Below, piece by piece: positions 1-13,200 of a stretch of 64,000 nt of DNA. The number at the start of each line of letters is the position of its first letter. Positions within the stretch are counted from its first letter, which is position 1. The notes under the pieces are model-generated. The model worked only from the letters and a program-made list of their open reading frames with translations. It was not told the DNA's origin and did not search any database. Source of the stretch: Basidiobolus meristosporus CBS 931.73. Taxonomy: Eukaryota > Fungi > Basidiobolomycota. Made by a program: the position numbers and the translations under genes. Location: positions 15,839 through 79,838 of the forward strand of contig MCFE01000410.1 in NCBI GenBank assembly GCA_002104905.1. The letters are read 5' to 3'.

Positions 1-199
1 TACTAAGATCCAACGGTTGCATTTTCTGGTGGTTGGCAGTCTTCCAATAAAGTCAATTCCCCATCTCTCAAATGGTCTTACAGGCTCCAAAGGGAAGAGT
101 TTGCAATTCTTTGTGGCAGGCCTTGATTGATTTGGCAGTTTGGGCATGTTTTCACTAGCTTCTCAAAATCTTGTTTCATTCTGGGCCACCATGCTCTGG

Positions 200-1003
200 T
201 GTGGTAGGGTAAACATACCTCCCACAGACAAGTTTATTCATATAGTCCTTATGATATACTTATCCATATTTTATCTTATCAGTATTATCCCATTCTTCTT
301 TTGCCCATATTATCAGTATTATCCCCATATGATGTTTACCCTGATTAGTTATTAGCATTAGTTATCCCAGATGTTATTCAGCTTTGTGATCAGTAGATGT
401 ATCTATATAAGGCAAGTACCCGCGTCAGTACCCGTGACACATGACCTAGGTCTGTGTTACCATCCCTACCATTTCAATACCATATATGGTATTTCTATGT
501 TGCACAGGTTTCAGACTACTGATTCCTGATTGGTTGAGAGTGCTGTGCCTTTTAGAACCTTCCAGGACATTCTTGGCATATTTTTAGCTCATAGTGATGT
601 CATCAAGAATTCCACTGATACCTAGAATCTTCTAGAACCTTGTCATTAGTAATCACTTGGCAATCAGGAAAAGTATTTAAGGGAAAGCAATCCCTCATCA
701 ATAAATCATCCCTTCTATCAGTAACACTTCTACCTTATTGATTAGCAGTTGATCACTGCACCTGCCTTCAACAGCACATCTCAGACCTGCAATCAAGGAG
801 CTTTTCAGGGTAGTGCACAAGACACACAGAGGCCTTTGGAGACACTTGGGGCACCTAGGAAGCTAAAGAAGCAGGAGCATTTACCATAGTGACATATTGA
901 CAAAGGCACCAGCAGTTTAGACACAGAGGTTATTGCACCCATCAGACACCTCACACACCTTGAATTGTGTAGCTTCTCCCAAGAGTACCTCTACACCACC
1001 ACA
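200..1003 (+). mobile_element. Solo LTR (TGT(A/G)GT...CACCACA family) inserted in the gypsy integrase
   Basis: Termini TGTGGTAGGG / CACCACCACA; flanks CTGG (196-199) and CCGG (1004-1007). Removal restores the reading KAGAWWPRMKQDFEKLVKTCPNCQ. Confidence 0.85.
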
Positions 1004-4000
1004 CCGGCTTTCACAAGGCTATAGGTTCCTTCAATCCCAAGATGTCCATATCCATTGTGTAGCTTATGTATTAAATCCAGGCAAGAAACATAAGGGTAAT
1101 AGGCAATAGGGCTTCCATCAACAATTTGGTAGAGTGTTTCATCCTGTACTACAAATTTGCTGGCTTCATCATGGATTATCTTCTTGATATCTTCATCCAC
1201 CTCATTAGGAACAGCTTGGTCCTTGAAGTACTTTGGTAATTGGCTAGGCCAATCTGATTCATGCACCAAGCTGAGTTGTGCAACTTGATCTAATCTTGAT
1301 AAGGCATCAGCAACCATGTTGTTTTTTCCAGGGCAGTAGACAATCTCCAGGTCAAATTGCTGAATGTATTCACTCCATCTTGTCATTCTTCTAGAGAGTA
1401 CCTTCTGAGTAAATATATACTTGAAGGAGGCATGATCAGTCTTCACAGTGCATTTGACTCCTTCAATTTAGCATCTCCATGTCTTCAAACAGTGCATTAT
1501 AGCCAGCATCTTCTTCTCATGGACTGGATAGTTTTGTTCTGCTGAGTTCAGTTTCTTGGATTCAAAGGCAACTGGGTAGTCCTTTCCCTGGCGTTCTTGG
1601 CTCAGCACTCCACCATTTGCATAATCTGAAGCATCTGTGCACAGAGTGAACCCTTTTCTGAAGTCTGGTATTCTTAAGCTTGGCAGCTTGGCAAGTTCAT
1701 TCTTGAGCGTCTGGAAGGCAGTCTCACAAGCTATGTCCACTTATAGGTATTGTCTTTCTTGAGGATATCAGTTAAAGGAGTGCAATACTTGCAAAGAACT
1801 TGACAAGTCTCCAATAATAGGAAGCCATTCTAAGGAGTGATCTGAGCTCTGATATGCTATGGGGCTGCTTCAGATTCTTGATAACTTCAACCTTCTTAGG
1901 GTCTAAGGCCACTCCTGTGCTAGTCACTATGTGTCCCAGGTATTCAATGTGCTCCTTGAAGAATTCACACTTGGCTAGCTGCCATATTGCTTGTTCTCTC
2001 TTAGTTTCTTCAAGACCTTTTCAATGTGCACCATGTGATCCTCTTCTGTCTTGCTGTATAAATATGTCATCCAGGTAGATTATCACAAACTTGTCTAAGT
2101 ACTCCTGAAAGACAGTCTGCATCAGTGTCATGAATGTTGCAGGGGCATTAGTGAGGCCAAAACTCATGACAAAGTACTCATAATGTCCATATCTGGTCCT
2201 GAATGCTGTCTTAGGGATATCTTCTGACTTCACCCTAATCTGGTTGTATCCTGACATGAGGTCAATCTTGCTGAAAATAGTGGCTCCATTAAGTTTGTCC
2301 AAAAGCTCATCAATCCAAGGTATGGGGTTCTTATTCTTGATGGTAACTGAGTTCAGGGCTCTGTAGTCAATGCACATCCTAAGTGTTCCATCCTTCTTTT
2401 TCACAAGCACTGGTGCTCCCCAAGGTGACTTGCTGGGCCTGATATATCCTTGCTCCAATAGCTGATCAAATTGTCTCTTCATTTCCTCCAATTCCAATGG
2501 ACTCATTCTATAAGGTGTCTTGCTCACTGGAGGGCTATTGCCTGTGTCAATGGCATGAGCCACATCTCTGACTGGTGGTAGGCTTACAAGCTCATCTGGA
2601 AACACATCTGAATATTTCTTCAAGAGATTCTGGACCTGCTGGGGTGCTGGGGTAGCGGAATCCTCCTGTAATACTGCCATGAGGAACATCTGGGTACCTT
2701 TTCTAAGTGCTCTATAGAACTGGGTCTTGCTAAGTTCACTTGTCTCACACATACTGGAATTGACCAAGTTAAAATCCAGCCTGGCAGGTAAGAGCTCATA
2801 GGTCTTGTTGTCTTTTTGGATCTGAGTAGCATGGGTTCTCCAGTTGATTGATGGATTACAACAAAATAGCCAGGTTTTTCCAAGTTCAAGGTCAAACTTG
2901 CAGTTCCCAAATATATAAGCCTGTAGGTCTTCTTCATAGTCATTGATCTTCATTCTTACTGGCTGAGTAATACGGTTGATTATGTGAGAGTTCCCATCAG
3001 CTGTTAAGACTGAAGTTAATTTGGTAGGTTCTGTGTTGATTCCAGCTTTCAGAGCAAATTGCTCTGACATGTACTCATGCAATGCTCCTGAGTCAATCAT
3101 GATCTTGGCAGGTACTCCATTGATTACTCCATTCAAGTATAATAGCTTTCCTGAGCTTAAGGTCATCTGGGATAGGTGTTCTTCTGTCATGTGGAAGGTG
3201 AGTTCTGAGTCTTCTTCAAGTTCATCCTTCATGTTACTATGCTCCATGGCCTCAATAAGGTTAAAGGTTCTTGATGACTGATGTCCATTTCTTCTCTGAG
3301 GGCAGTACTTTGCAATATGTCCTTGCTGGTGGCAATTGAAGCAAAGTCCTTTCTTCTTACATTCTTCCAAGGCAGGACTCTTCTGCATAGCATCTATTCC
3401 CATTGGTACTGCTTCTGACTGTCTTCTTTCATAATGATTGTAACCTTTCTGATTAGTCACTGTAGGCTTCCCAACTCCAAACATAGCTGAGTCATAGTCA
3501 ATGGCAATCTTGATAGCTTCTTCAATAGTTTGAGGTCTTCAATAATTCACTTCCTTGCAAGTTCTTTCTTTTAACCCATCAATAAAGTATTCAACTTGAT
3601 CCAGGGGGTTCATTCTTTCAATTTGTCCAAGTAGACATCTGTACTCATAGATGTATTCTTGAACCATTCCTTTCTGTCTGAGTGTCTTTAACTTCCTTCT
3701 TGGTAGTGTCTGCTGGTGTGGAGGTTCAAAAGCATCCTGAATTTCCAACACAAACCCATCCCAGGTAGAGATTGTAGAGCATCCCATCATAGTGGCTGAC
3801 CTGATCTTGCTGTGGTACCACTTTAAAGCTGCATCTGCCAGGTAAGAAGCTGCACCATGCAACTTGCTTTCTGGAGCAATTCCTTTAGCTTTAAAAGCTT
3901 CTTCAATCTGAAAGAGCCAAGTCCCCAGGTTTTCATTGACTCTGCCATGGTACCGGTTGACCTTCACACTAAAGTTGCTCTTGACAGGGCTTTGCTGGCT

Positions 4001-4111
4001 CTGAGCCATGGTAGTCATTCCTTGTTGCTGTTGGCTGAGGATCTGGAGTAACAGTTGTTGTTGGGCCAGGATTTGCTGCATGGCATTCTTCCATTCTTGA
4101 TTGTCTGACAT
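1004..4111 (-). pseudogene. gag-pol of the gypsy element, broken by stops and frameshifts
   Basis: ORFs 3539-4111 and 2021-3484 are in the same frame, separated by one TGA (3539-3541) followed by [19 protein letters not shown]. Later pieces are 1468-1740 and 991-1446. Confidence 0.9.
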
Positions 4112-4159
4112 TTTGAGGGTAGTTTCTTCTTTCTTCAGGAGGGAGGTTTCTGGTATTTG

Positions 4160-4168
4160 CTGCTACCA
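4160..4168 (-). promoter_or_regulatory. Primer-binding site (tRNA-iMet-like)
   Basis: Minus strand reads TGTAACA-T-TGGTAGCAG: LTR end CA, 1 nt, then a TGG-starting PBS. Confidence 0.7.
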
Positions 4169-4169
4169 A

Positions 4170-4526
4170 TGTTACAAGTCTTGGTATAAGAGTTGTAGAG
4201 GAATAGGGAGTTTAGCTAGTATTGTATTCACTAAAACTTGAACTGATTTTTATTGAGGTTCCAGCAGCTCCTTATATACATTTTGCCAGATCAATTGCTG
4301 ACTAATTGTATTTCCTAATGTAGGTTGTGGCTGATGACTCATTTGATTGCATCATCATCACCCAATAAGATCCTACTTAATATATCTATTTTCTGTCTGA
4401 TAAGGATCTGCTGCTTCATTTGCTGACTAATGTTACTGATATGATAGATAATACTGATATACTGATAACCTAAACCTATAACTAATTCATTTGACTAAAG
4501 CTGATCTAACTTAAACATTCAAGCAG
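4170..4526 (-). repeat. 5' LTR of the gypsy element (last 12 bp displaced to 5612-5623 by a nested insertion)
   Basis: Starts TGTTAC next to the PBS. After removing the 4527-5607 insert plus one TSD, it ends ...GATCATAACA (TGTTA/TAACA inverted termini). Confidence 0.65.
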
Positions 4527-5607
4527 TGTAGTGGGGTCACAGTGACACCCACAGGCAGATGTGCTCATTCTCATACGTTCACTTCCCTAAAAAGGATTAC
4601 CCCCCCCTATATTAGTATCATCCCAAATTGCAATATTTTCTATTCTGTCTATGTGATTATTACTATGCAACCTGAGAAACTATTTGTCACTATTATTCCA
4701 TTGCACAAGCTATTCCTATTCCTTGCCAAGATGCCAAGATAAGATAGTTACCATATAAGGCAAGTACCCCCTACAGTGCCCATGTCATGTGACCATCTTG
4801 GCTTCATAACCCTCCTATCCTACTACCATAAGAGGCAACCACATGACACCGGGGTTTCATATTACCACTACCTGATTGGCTAGGTGCTACTATGTCTCAT
4901 GGAACAATCCGCCAAGAATTTGCGCTATTTTTAGTACGCAATGACTTGATTGGCTGTCTACTACCTTCTGGAAACTTCCGGAAAGTATTTTCTAGCAAGA
5001 AGTTGAGCAGCAAAAAAGTATATAAGGGAGGCTATCCCTTAAAATAAATCATCCCTCTTCCAATATTCCAACTTATTGGTTAGTGAGATCACCGCTACCT
5101 ATTACCACTATTTTCTGACTCAGACCTGACAACACTCCCAGGAAACCATGCTGACAGCCAACTGACCTTGGAGGCACTACTTGTGAGGAATACTCAGAGT
5201 AGGTATATTTTATTGTATTTGTTTGTTTTCCCAAGTTTGTTCTTGTACAGACAAAGATACTTTTTAGTCATTGTAACTATTGGTCAAAGCTGCATTCTTA
5301 TCAAGTCCCTGTTGGTGGAGTTTACAGTTGCTTTGGCTTTGGAAGCTTTAGTACATTGTCATCTCAAAGCACATCAAAGCCATTATAAACTTTTGTTAAG
5401 ACGCCAACTAAGTTGGGGATTGTAGCTCAATAGTTTTCCCTTGACAAGCTTGAGGCTTTGTCCCCCATCACATTAGATTAGACAAAAAGACCCAGTATTC
5501 CTGGCAAGCATTTGCCAGAGGTTATTGCACCCAGTGAACACCCCACACACATTCACACTTGAGAAGTGTTGGCCATATTTTGCCCTTTGGACTTATACAC
5601 CACCACA
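4527..5607 (+). mobile_element. Solo LTR, about 1.08 kb, same terminal family
   Basis: TGTAGTGGGG...CACCACCACA; internal TATAAGGG followed by AATAAA; flanks GCAG/GCGG; homologous to 11767-12837 and 20669-21739. Confidence 0.85.
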
Positions 5608-6121
5608 GCGGCAGATCATAACACAACTACAGGACACTCCAGGAAACTGTGCTGACAGCCAACTGATCTTAGAGGAACTACTTATGAGGAGTACCCAGAG
5701 TAGGTATCTTTTATTATATTTGATTCTTTCCCTAGTTTTTTCTTGTACAGGAAAAGATGCTTTTCTGTCTTTGTAACTATTGACCACAGCTGCATTCTTA
5801 TCAAGTCCCTGCTGGTGGAGTTTACAGTTACTTTGACTTTGGAAGCTTTAGTACATTGTCATCTCAATGGACGCTGAACCCAGCACATACTTTTGTTAAA
5901 ATGCCAACTACGTTGGGGATTGTAGCTCAACAATTCTCCCTTGACAAGCTTGTGGCTTTATTCCCCATCACATTAGATTATAGATAGAACCCAAGTATCC
6001 CTAGCAAGCTTTTGCCAGAGGTTACCACACTCAGTGAACACCCTGCACACAAAACACTTGAGAAGTGTTGGACATATCTCTCCTGTGGACTTATACACCA
6101 CCACAGCAGTAGATCATAACA
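5133..6121 (+). repeat. Tandem duplication (about 490 bp unit) of the LTR 3' half plus its right flank
   Basis: CAGGAAAC...GCTGACAGCCAACTGA...GGACTTATACACCACCACAGC(G/A)G(C/T)AGATCATAACA occurs at about 5133-5623 and again at about 5630-6121. Confidence 0.85.
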
Positions 6122-6129
6122 CACAAATA

Positions 6130-7163
6130 TTCTGCTGAGTTGTATTATGATAAGTTTGGAGCTTGTTCTTCAAGACAGAGTCTAATAAATAATATACATT
6201 GCTTACAGTATGCTAGTACTGAAATAGCCTTTTGGGAGTTTTATATACCAATAGAAGATACAACTTTTACTAATATCCTCAATCTTGGCCTGACAATATA
6301 CTATAAGCAGTGTTTCCCATTTCTACAGCAGCATCCTGACCTTTTCTTGAATATTGGGTTGATATACCTCTATACTGACTTTTGCTTATTTGGAAGTCAC
6401 TTCTCTTTCTCAAAAGCCCTTTCCTTATTTTGAAATTCTGAGCTCCCCTTTAACCTTAGTTAGTGTGTGCTGGGTGTCTCAGAGGGGTCTTTAGGGTAAA
6501 GGTTTTCTTAGAGAGGACTTTTCCTGCAGTAAAGTGGTAGTTTTCTTGTAGAACATACAATGAATTCTTGTGAGCTTTGCAGTATCTTTACTGATATAGT
6601 ACCACTCAAAGTCAGAATGCTCAACAGGGCAAGTGATGCAGGGGAAGCCATATAGATCTTAGACTTGTGATTGTATTGTGGAGATTCTTGAAAGAGATGC
6701 TCCCCGTTTATTTTTCAGCTGAGGAAATCATATATATGAGAATCTTGAAGGTTCAAAGTTTTTGGGCAATTGAGCAAGCAATACACACGATACAAAGTCA
6801 ATATTTTTAGTAATGTGGATAAAACATGGGTGCAGCTTCTGTTAATATTTTATGTACACAAGCAAAGTCATTATAGTAATCCTAGCAATAGAGGCCTAGT
6901 ATATATGGTTATTATACTCCTTTGATCAAAACTCCTTAAGCCCTGCTTCAAGTGAGCTACAATTTAAACATTTGTTGCCTACTGAGTGCTCTTCATGACA
7001 TACAATTCTTGGATGGATTGCTTGTCAGGGCTCAGAGCTTTTGTCCTTCAAAGTTGCAAGTTTGTGATCTATTATTTGTGTGTGACAGTTGCAAAATGCA
7101 AAATTAAGAAATGATTGCAATATTGATTTTTGTGATAATGAAATAATTTTCAATACCACAGTT
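6130..7163 (-). repeat. Unclassified non-coding repeat block X (copy 1)
   Basis: Reverse complement aligns by eye with about 16455-17635 (e.g. CCCTGACAAGCAATCCA, TTGCTAGGATTACTAT, TCATAATACAAC). Confidence 0.7.
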
Positions 7164-7299
7164 TTGGGACCTACTAAGCCTATTCTAGGTGCTTGAGATG
7201 CCAACACTATGTAAAAGTTTAACTACTACATTCACATTTAATAAATCATTGAGTGAAACCCACATAATCTACTTGCAAGACTTACTGACAATACTGAAC

Positions 7300-10200
7300 T
7301 AAAAAGATACTAGTGTTACCAGAAATGAGATTCAGGAAAATCCCTCTTAACTTTAGTAACAGAGGATGTTATAATCAATTGCTTGAATAGTTATGTTAGA
7401 TCAGTTATTGGTCAAATTAATTGGCTTTACATTTAGCCTAACCATAAATCACTTTATGATAATAACTTGGTCCTGTGGGTGGATCCAATCTGGATCAGCC
7501 ATCAGGATCCCATCAAGAGACTATCATTATACTTGCAGCTTGGAGTTACTGACCCTCTTAATGATTTTATGGTAGGATCACAACAGTGTTTTGCTAATTT
7601 TACTACCAAATAAAGTGACAAACCTTAATGAGATTTGGTTGGTGCTGTAACAATAATTGCATGGTATTGTTGTGGTCTTATTGCGCTCTACAGCTATTGT
7701 AAATGGATTCAACCCGCCAGGAAATCTAATTATCTTATATGGCAAGAAACCTGATGGAGTTTCAACAAGCTCACAGCAAGACTCAGATGGCATTTTATTG
7801 GCAGTATGGTGGCCTATAGCTGGTCCTGTATAATGCTACCTTACCAATTTACCAAATGGTATTTCCTTTTTCTACCTCCCCTTGTGCAAATCACATATTC
7901 CACTGTAGAATCACCCCTCTATATTTGCTTACCCATTACTACCTTGGGTCTTCCACATATAGTTCAAATCAAAAAAACTTTGGCCTCCTGCTTACTAACC
8001 TTTACAAATGTGCACACCTGCTGCAATTGACATACTTTATCACCTCAACCTTACAGCTTTTCAGTGTGATACTTGCAAAGCTGCCATATACCTTGTACAA
8101 CTGGTAACATAAGCATCTTGCAAACATATTCTTGGTTGTTATCACTTCTGCCATGAATACCTCCTGAGTATCTGCAAATAACTTCTTGGTATTTAGCCAA
8201 TATATTCCTTCTCCCTGCTGGACTCAAGTCACACTCATAGGTATGCTCTGGCTCTTGTTTGTGTGAATTCTGTATGGAATGATGTAGAAGTTAGCTAGTG
8301 ACCTAGAGAAATCTGGCATACCTTGGTAGAGCTTTCCTAATAAAAATTAGTTGCTTGTTGCACCCAACCCAATTTTGCAATACTTAACTGATTACCCAAG
8401 TATTGGGGTGCTTAGCTTCTTAATGCCATATGCATAGGTGTCTCCATGCTTACATTTGTCCTCAGTATTTTCCAACTCTTCCTGGCTGTCCACTATGTGC
8501 CAACTCATTGCATCCATGCCAGCCTTGAAGGTAATATTCTTGATGGGATTAGAATATGGTAGTACCTGCAAGTTGACTTGTCTTCCTATCCTCCTACATA
8601 TCTGCTCCATAGGAAACTATCAAAAGGTGGAGTAAGGCCCAATATTCTCCACATACCATACAAGATGGAGTAGAAAATGGATACAGTAGCAGCTGAGATC
8701 TACGTGTTCAGCTTTATGTGTGTTGTATAGCCCCTCAAATCTCATTACAGACTCCTTGCACAACAGCTGTAGATGTGTCAAGCTGGCAGTGGTGATCAGC
8801 TTCTAGATCAGTATTCATACAATGTCCATATATGACTCCCAATGCTTCCAATGTACTCTTGGTAGGAATGGCTTCAGAACGCCACTTGAATAAATGCATA
8901 TCCAATTTATCCATTCTTTGCGTTGTATTGTTGCATATATGTAGGAATATTGAGTGGAGCCTGTGGGAAGTACTTAGGTTAATGGATACTCTGTAATATC
9001 TTGGCAATTTTTTCAAATTTCTCTGGAATCTTGAAGGGCTCATTTAGCTTGAAATGCACCATGTACAACTTGGTCATCAGTATAGGGATATTGTTGAGAA
9101 GCAAATGCATTGCTCCCAGTGGAATGCTTTTGCTCCAACAGATACCCTCTACCTAAAATATCTCTGGTCTCCAATTGCTACCATATTGTGGCCAATGGCT
9201 TATAGCTTGCCAACTTTACCGCAATTGCATGCTGACTTCTGCACATTTTCTCTGTGGAAAGATGATATTCTCAGTGCTGGTGTTGGGGTAATAATAATGT
9301 GCGTGAGTTATGGACTAAATCCCCTGGATATCACACATTAGACAGTAACACTGTCCATTGTGCCCAGAGAAACCTGCTATCTTGCTGATGGCTGGGGTAT
9401 CTCCAATGTAGATACTAATATGTGCTTTGACATGATGGCCATTTACTGTTATCCTGCTCAAAGGCATACAAAATTAATCCAGCAATGGATACAGGTAGCT
9501 ACACTCTTATACCATAAGATGGGTGGCAGATTCAGATTGATGAGAATCAGTGGCCAGCAGGATTTGCTGGTGGAGTACTTGTAGAATGAGAATCTATCAA
9601 GTGCCAAGGCAAAGGAATAGTCATACAAACCTTCAATGTTGCCCTTGCTTCTTAGCTGTCTGTAATATTTGCCATCAAATATATTGGATATGTTTGCACT
9701 TGATTGATACTGAGTGCAGTACTCTATAGCTTTGCAATATTTATTGGACTGTATTAGCTTCCACAGACAGGAAATTACCAGAATTTATCCAGAGTGTGAA
9801 CATTGTTTTCCCTTGATGGTTGTGGATTCTTGGCAATTTGGACACATTGCTATGGTAGCATTCTTGGATATGAGTACCATGCAACTGTTAACATATGCTG
9901 GAATCAGGACAGTCTTTGGATCTTATGTTGCCAGCCACATGATGGTTGTCCACTTGTACCATATACATGGTAAGTTGCATCCTGGAATGAATTTGGCAAT
10001 AAGTAATAATAACTCCTCAAAGCCCCATTACTGATATTAGTGAAAATGCACCACTGCTCTAGCCACAACATTACATCATTCACTAGTAAATGGATTGCTG
10101 GGCTCACTTGGCTCCCTAAAGTATCCTTGGCATTAGTTTCAACAGATGTAGTCTTGTTGCATATTGGGACTTAACCAGGCTCATAGGTGGTACTGTGGTT

Positions 10201-13200
10201 AGGGATATAGGCTCACAATCCAGCAGTGAACCTTCTTTGTCAGAGCTATCACTCTGCATGCCATATTTAGATGGCTGAGGTTAGCCTAAAGGCATCACAA
10301 ACTCACCTGACTCAGTTTGCCCAAGGTGACAAAGATGGCCAGGTGCTAATATAGAAGTATCAACTGGCTGGCAAGATAATGTTGGTAGAGTAGTAACTAA
10401 TGAATGGTCAAATATGACTTGTGCGGCAAAACACTGGCTGTGATCCTTGTTATACTTCCTATGCTGTCTGCATGCTTCATGGCTGAGAGGCTTGCTACAA
10501 TAGCCACATGGTCTTTTTCTCTTCTCTTACAGCATTGAGTCAAAGTAGTCTTGTCCATGGGGCAAACAGTTTGACCTTCAACACTGTAATGCTATTTTAC
10601 CACTTTTTGGTCAATACTCATGTGACTATAAGACAGTCTTCTATCTGAGACACTGCACTTACATGAGTGTAGGATCCAATGATGACCCACCATAGTAGAC
10701 ATTATAAATAAAGTTGTGGCACCACATAGTCCAGATTCCGTATGAGAGGATAATATGTGTAGAGCACTCAATATCCCAGGTAGAGAAAGCAGTACCTTTG
10801 CTGCTAAGAAAGAACTCAAGTAGCTCAATGTCATAGCTAAGAATTGAAGTATTTCCCAATGTAACTGCAGAGGAACACCATACAGTCTTTGAAGCTCAGC
10901 AACAGTGCCCAAAGATAAAGCCCATAGAAAAATCTATCACAGCATGGGAGGGTGGCAATGTGGTGTTTATACCAAAGCCTAATTATTAAGAGACATTGAA
11001 GATCTGTGAAGCTATTGAGTGCAATAATGAAGAATAGGCAAGTATTTAAGAGGCCGTCAGAAGTCTGGCACACCATCACCTCAAGGCTGGCATACCATGA
11101 AAACATCAAGAACTCAAGGCCAAACAGAATGCACTTGACTTGATCAATGAGCATTATCCTGAATTCAAGCAGGCAAACAGATTTTGGGCCAGTATTGGTA
11201 TGTTAAGAAAGTATCTTAAGAATAGCAGAAACTATCAAAGGCAGTAGAACAAGGGTGCCATAGCTAAAACCAGGGGCTTTCCCCAGAGCCTGCTACAAGC
11301 AGGGCCAAAAGCTCCAGACAAGTGTCAAAGAGATGTCAGTTATCTGGAAGAGTAACATTTAGGGACAAGCAGGCAGATATGTATGGACCAGCATAGCATT
11401 TATCAAGGAAAAAGCGTAGTACCACTCAAGAAGCACTCAGTCAAAGTAGCAGTAAAGGACCTGGCAGTGATAAAAACCTGCAGCTTTTACAGGAGCCTGT
11501 CACAACTGCAATTGAGTGCTTGAAACAAGTGGAAAAGAAGTGTCAGGTTGCCAGAAGAGTGCCAGCAAGGGACAAGCAGACCAAAATAGATGTGTCAGAG
11601 CAATATTTCTCAAGCAGAAAATGTTACTCATCATAAGATGCACTCATAAAAAGCAGCAGTGAAGGCCTGGTTGTGATAAAGAAACAGGTAAGGGAAAAAC
11701 GTCTGCCCAAGCCTGAGACAGGGGGGCATGCAAAAAAAAACTGCAGCTCTCACCAATTGATGCTGCTGTGGTGGTGTATAGGTCCAAGGGAGAGATACAT
11801 CCAACACTTCTCAAGTGTTTTGTGTGTGGGGTGTTCACTGGGTGCAATAACCTCTGGCAAAAGCTTGCTAGGAATACTTGGGTTCTGTCTCTAATCTAAT
11901 GTGAAGGGGAATAAAGCCACAAGCTTGTCAAGGGAAAACTATTGAGCTACAATCCCCAGCTTAGTAGGTGTCTTAACAAAAGTATGTGCTGGGTTCAGCA
12001 TCCTTTGAGATGACAATGTACTAAAGCTTCCAAAGTCAAAACAACTGTAAACTCCACCAGCAGGGACTTGATAAGAATGCAGCTGTGGTCAATAGTTACA
12101 AAGACAGAAAAGTATCTCTGCCTGTACAAGAACAAACTTGGGAAAGAATCAAATATAATAAAAGATACCTACTCTGAGTATTCCTCACAAGTAGTGCCTC
12201 CAAGGTCAGTTGGCTGTCAGCGCAGTTTCCTGGGAGTGTCCTGTAGTCTGGGGTTGGAAGTTCAGGTAGCAGCAGGTAGCAGTGATCACACTAATCAACA
12301 AGTTGGTATATTGATAAAAGGGATGATGATTTATTGTTGAGGGATAGCCTCCCTTATATACTTTTCTTACTGGCTAAATGGTTACTAATCATGGTGTACC
12401 AGAAGGTTCCAGATATAAATAGAAGTCTTAATGACATCAGAACAACCTAAGATTGTTATAAGTAGGTGCCGGAAGGTTCTAAGAGGCACAGCATATCCAA
12501 CCAATTGGGAATCAGTATTCTGAAACCTGTGTAACATAGGGATACCATATACAGTATGGAAATGGTAGGGATGGTGGCACGGGTTGATCACGTTTCATGG
12601 GTTCTAGCATGGGTACTTGCCTAACATAGAAGCACTTATGGCTAGTAATCTTACATGAAGTGAGGGGTAACTTATGCAATAAGGTAAGCAAGTGTGATTG
12701 TCAACCAGCTTATGGGATAGTACTGATTAGATAAGACAAATGGGATAAAACTAAAATAAGTGCAGCAGAGATATAGGAAAGTAGAAAATAAGGGAATGAG
12801 CACATTTGTCAGTGGATGACTCTGTCACCCCACTACACCGCAAGCCCAGATCAAGCCAAATCCCATCATAGCCAAGAGGGATTACCAGCAAGAAAACAGC
12901 TGTGCCCACAAGAGTTGGAAGCACAGCCAGTTGATCTACACTCCAGCAAGGTAGATGAGTTTGCAGAAAAAGACAATTTGTCTACCTCAGCCTCCATATC
13001 CTCCATTGCTGACAAAGTGGAGATCACACTGACAGACAAAGCTACAACATCAAGAGCTTAAAAGACAATCACAATGCCTTCAGTGGAATTTTGGAAAATG
13101 AATAGGCACATCAAGATGTTGCAGCACTTCTTCAAGTGCAGTGCTCAAGAAAACGCACTTAAATATTGCAAAGATTTATTGCAAAGACTGGCGGATGAAG

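Larger units (their letters stand above)
1..5623 (-). mobile_element. Degenerate Ty3/gypsy LTR retrotransposon (gag-pol, PBS, 5' LTR); runs off the left edge; interrupted by two foreign solo LTRs
   Basis: Minus-strand gag (3539-4111), CCHC knuckle [14 protein letters not shown], protease IMIDSGA, RT VIIYLDD, RNase H DASDYANGGVLSQ/PVAFESKKL, integrase HHCC (HLGIEGTY...WWPRM...CPNCQ). Domain order RT-RH-IN is gypsy-type. Confidence 0.93.

Noticed and set aside
3539-3541. Programmed stop read-through between gag and pol
   Set aside because: The TGA lies inside gag upstream of the zinc knuckle, in a CpG-eroded element with other lesions; CGA-to-TGA decay is simpler.
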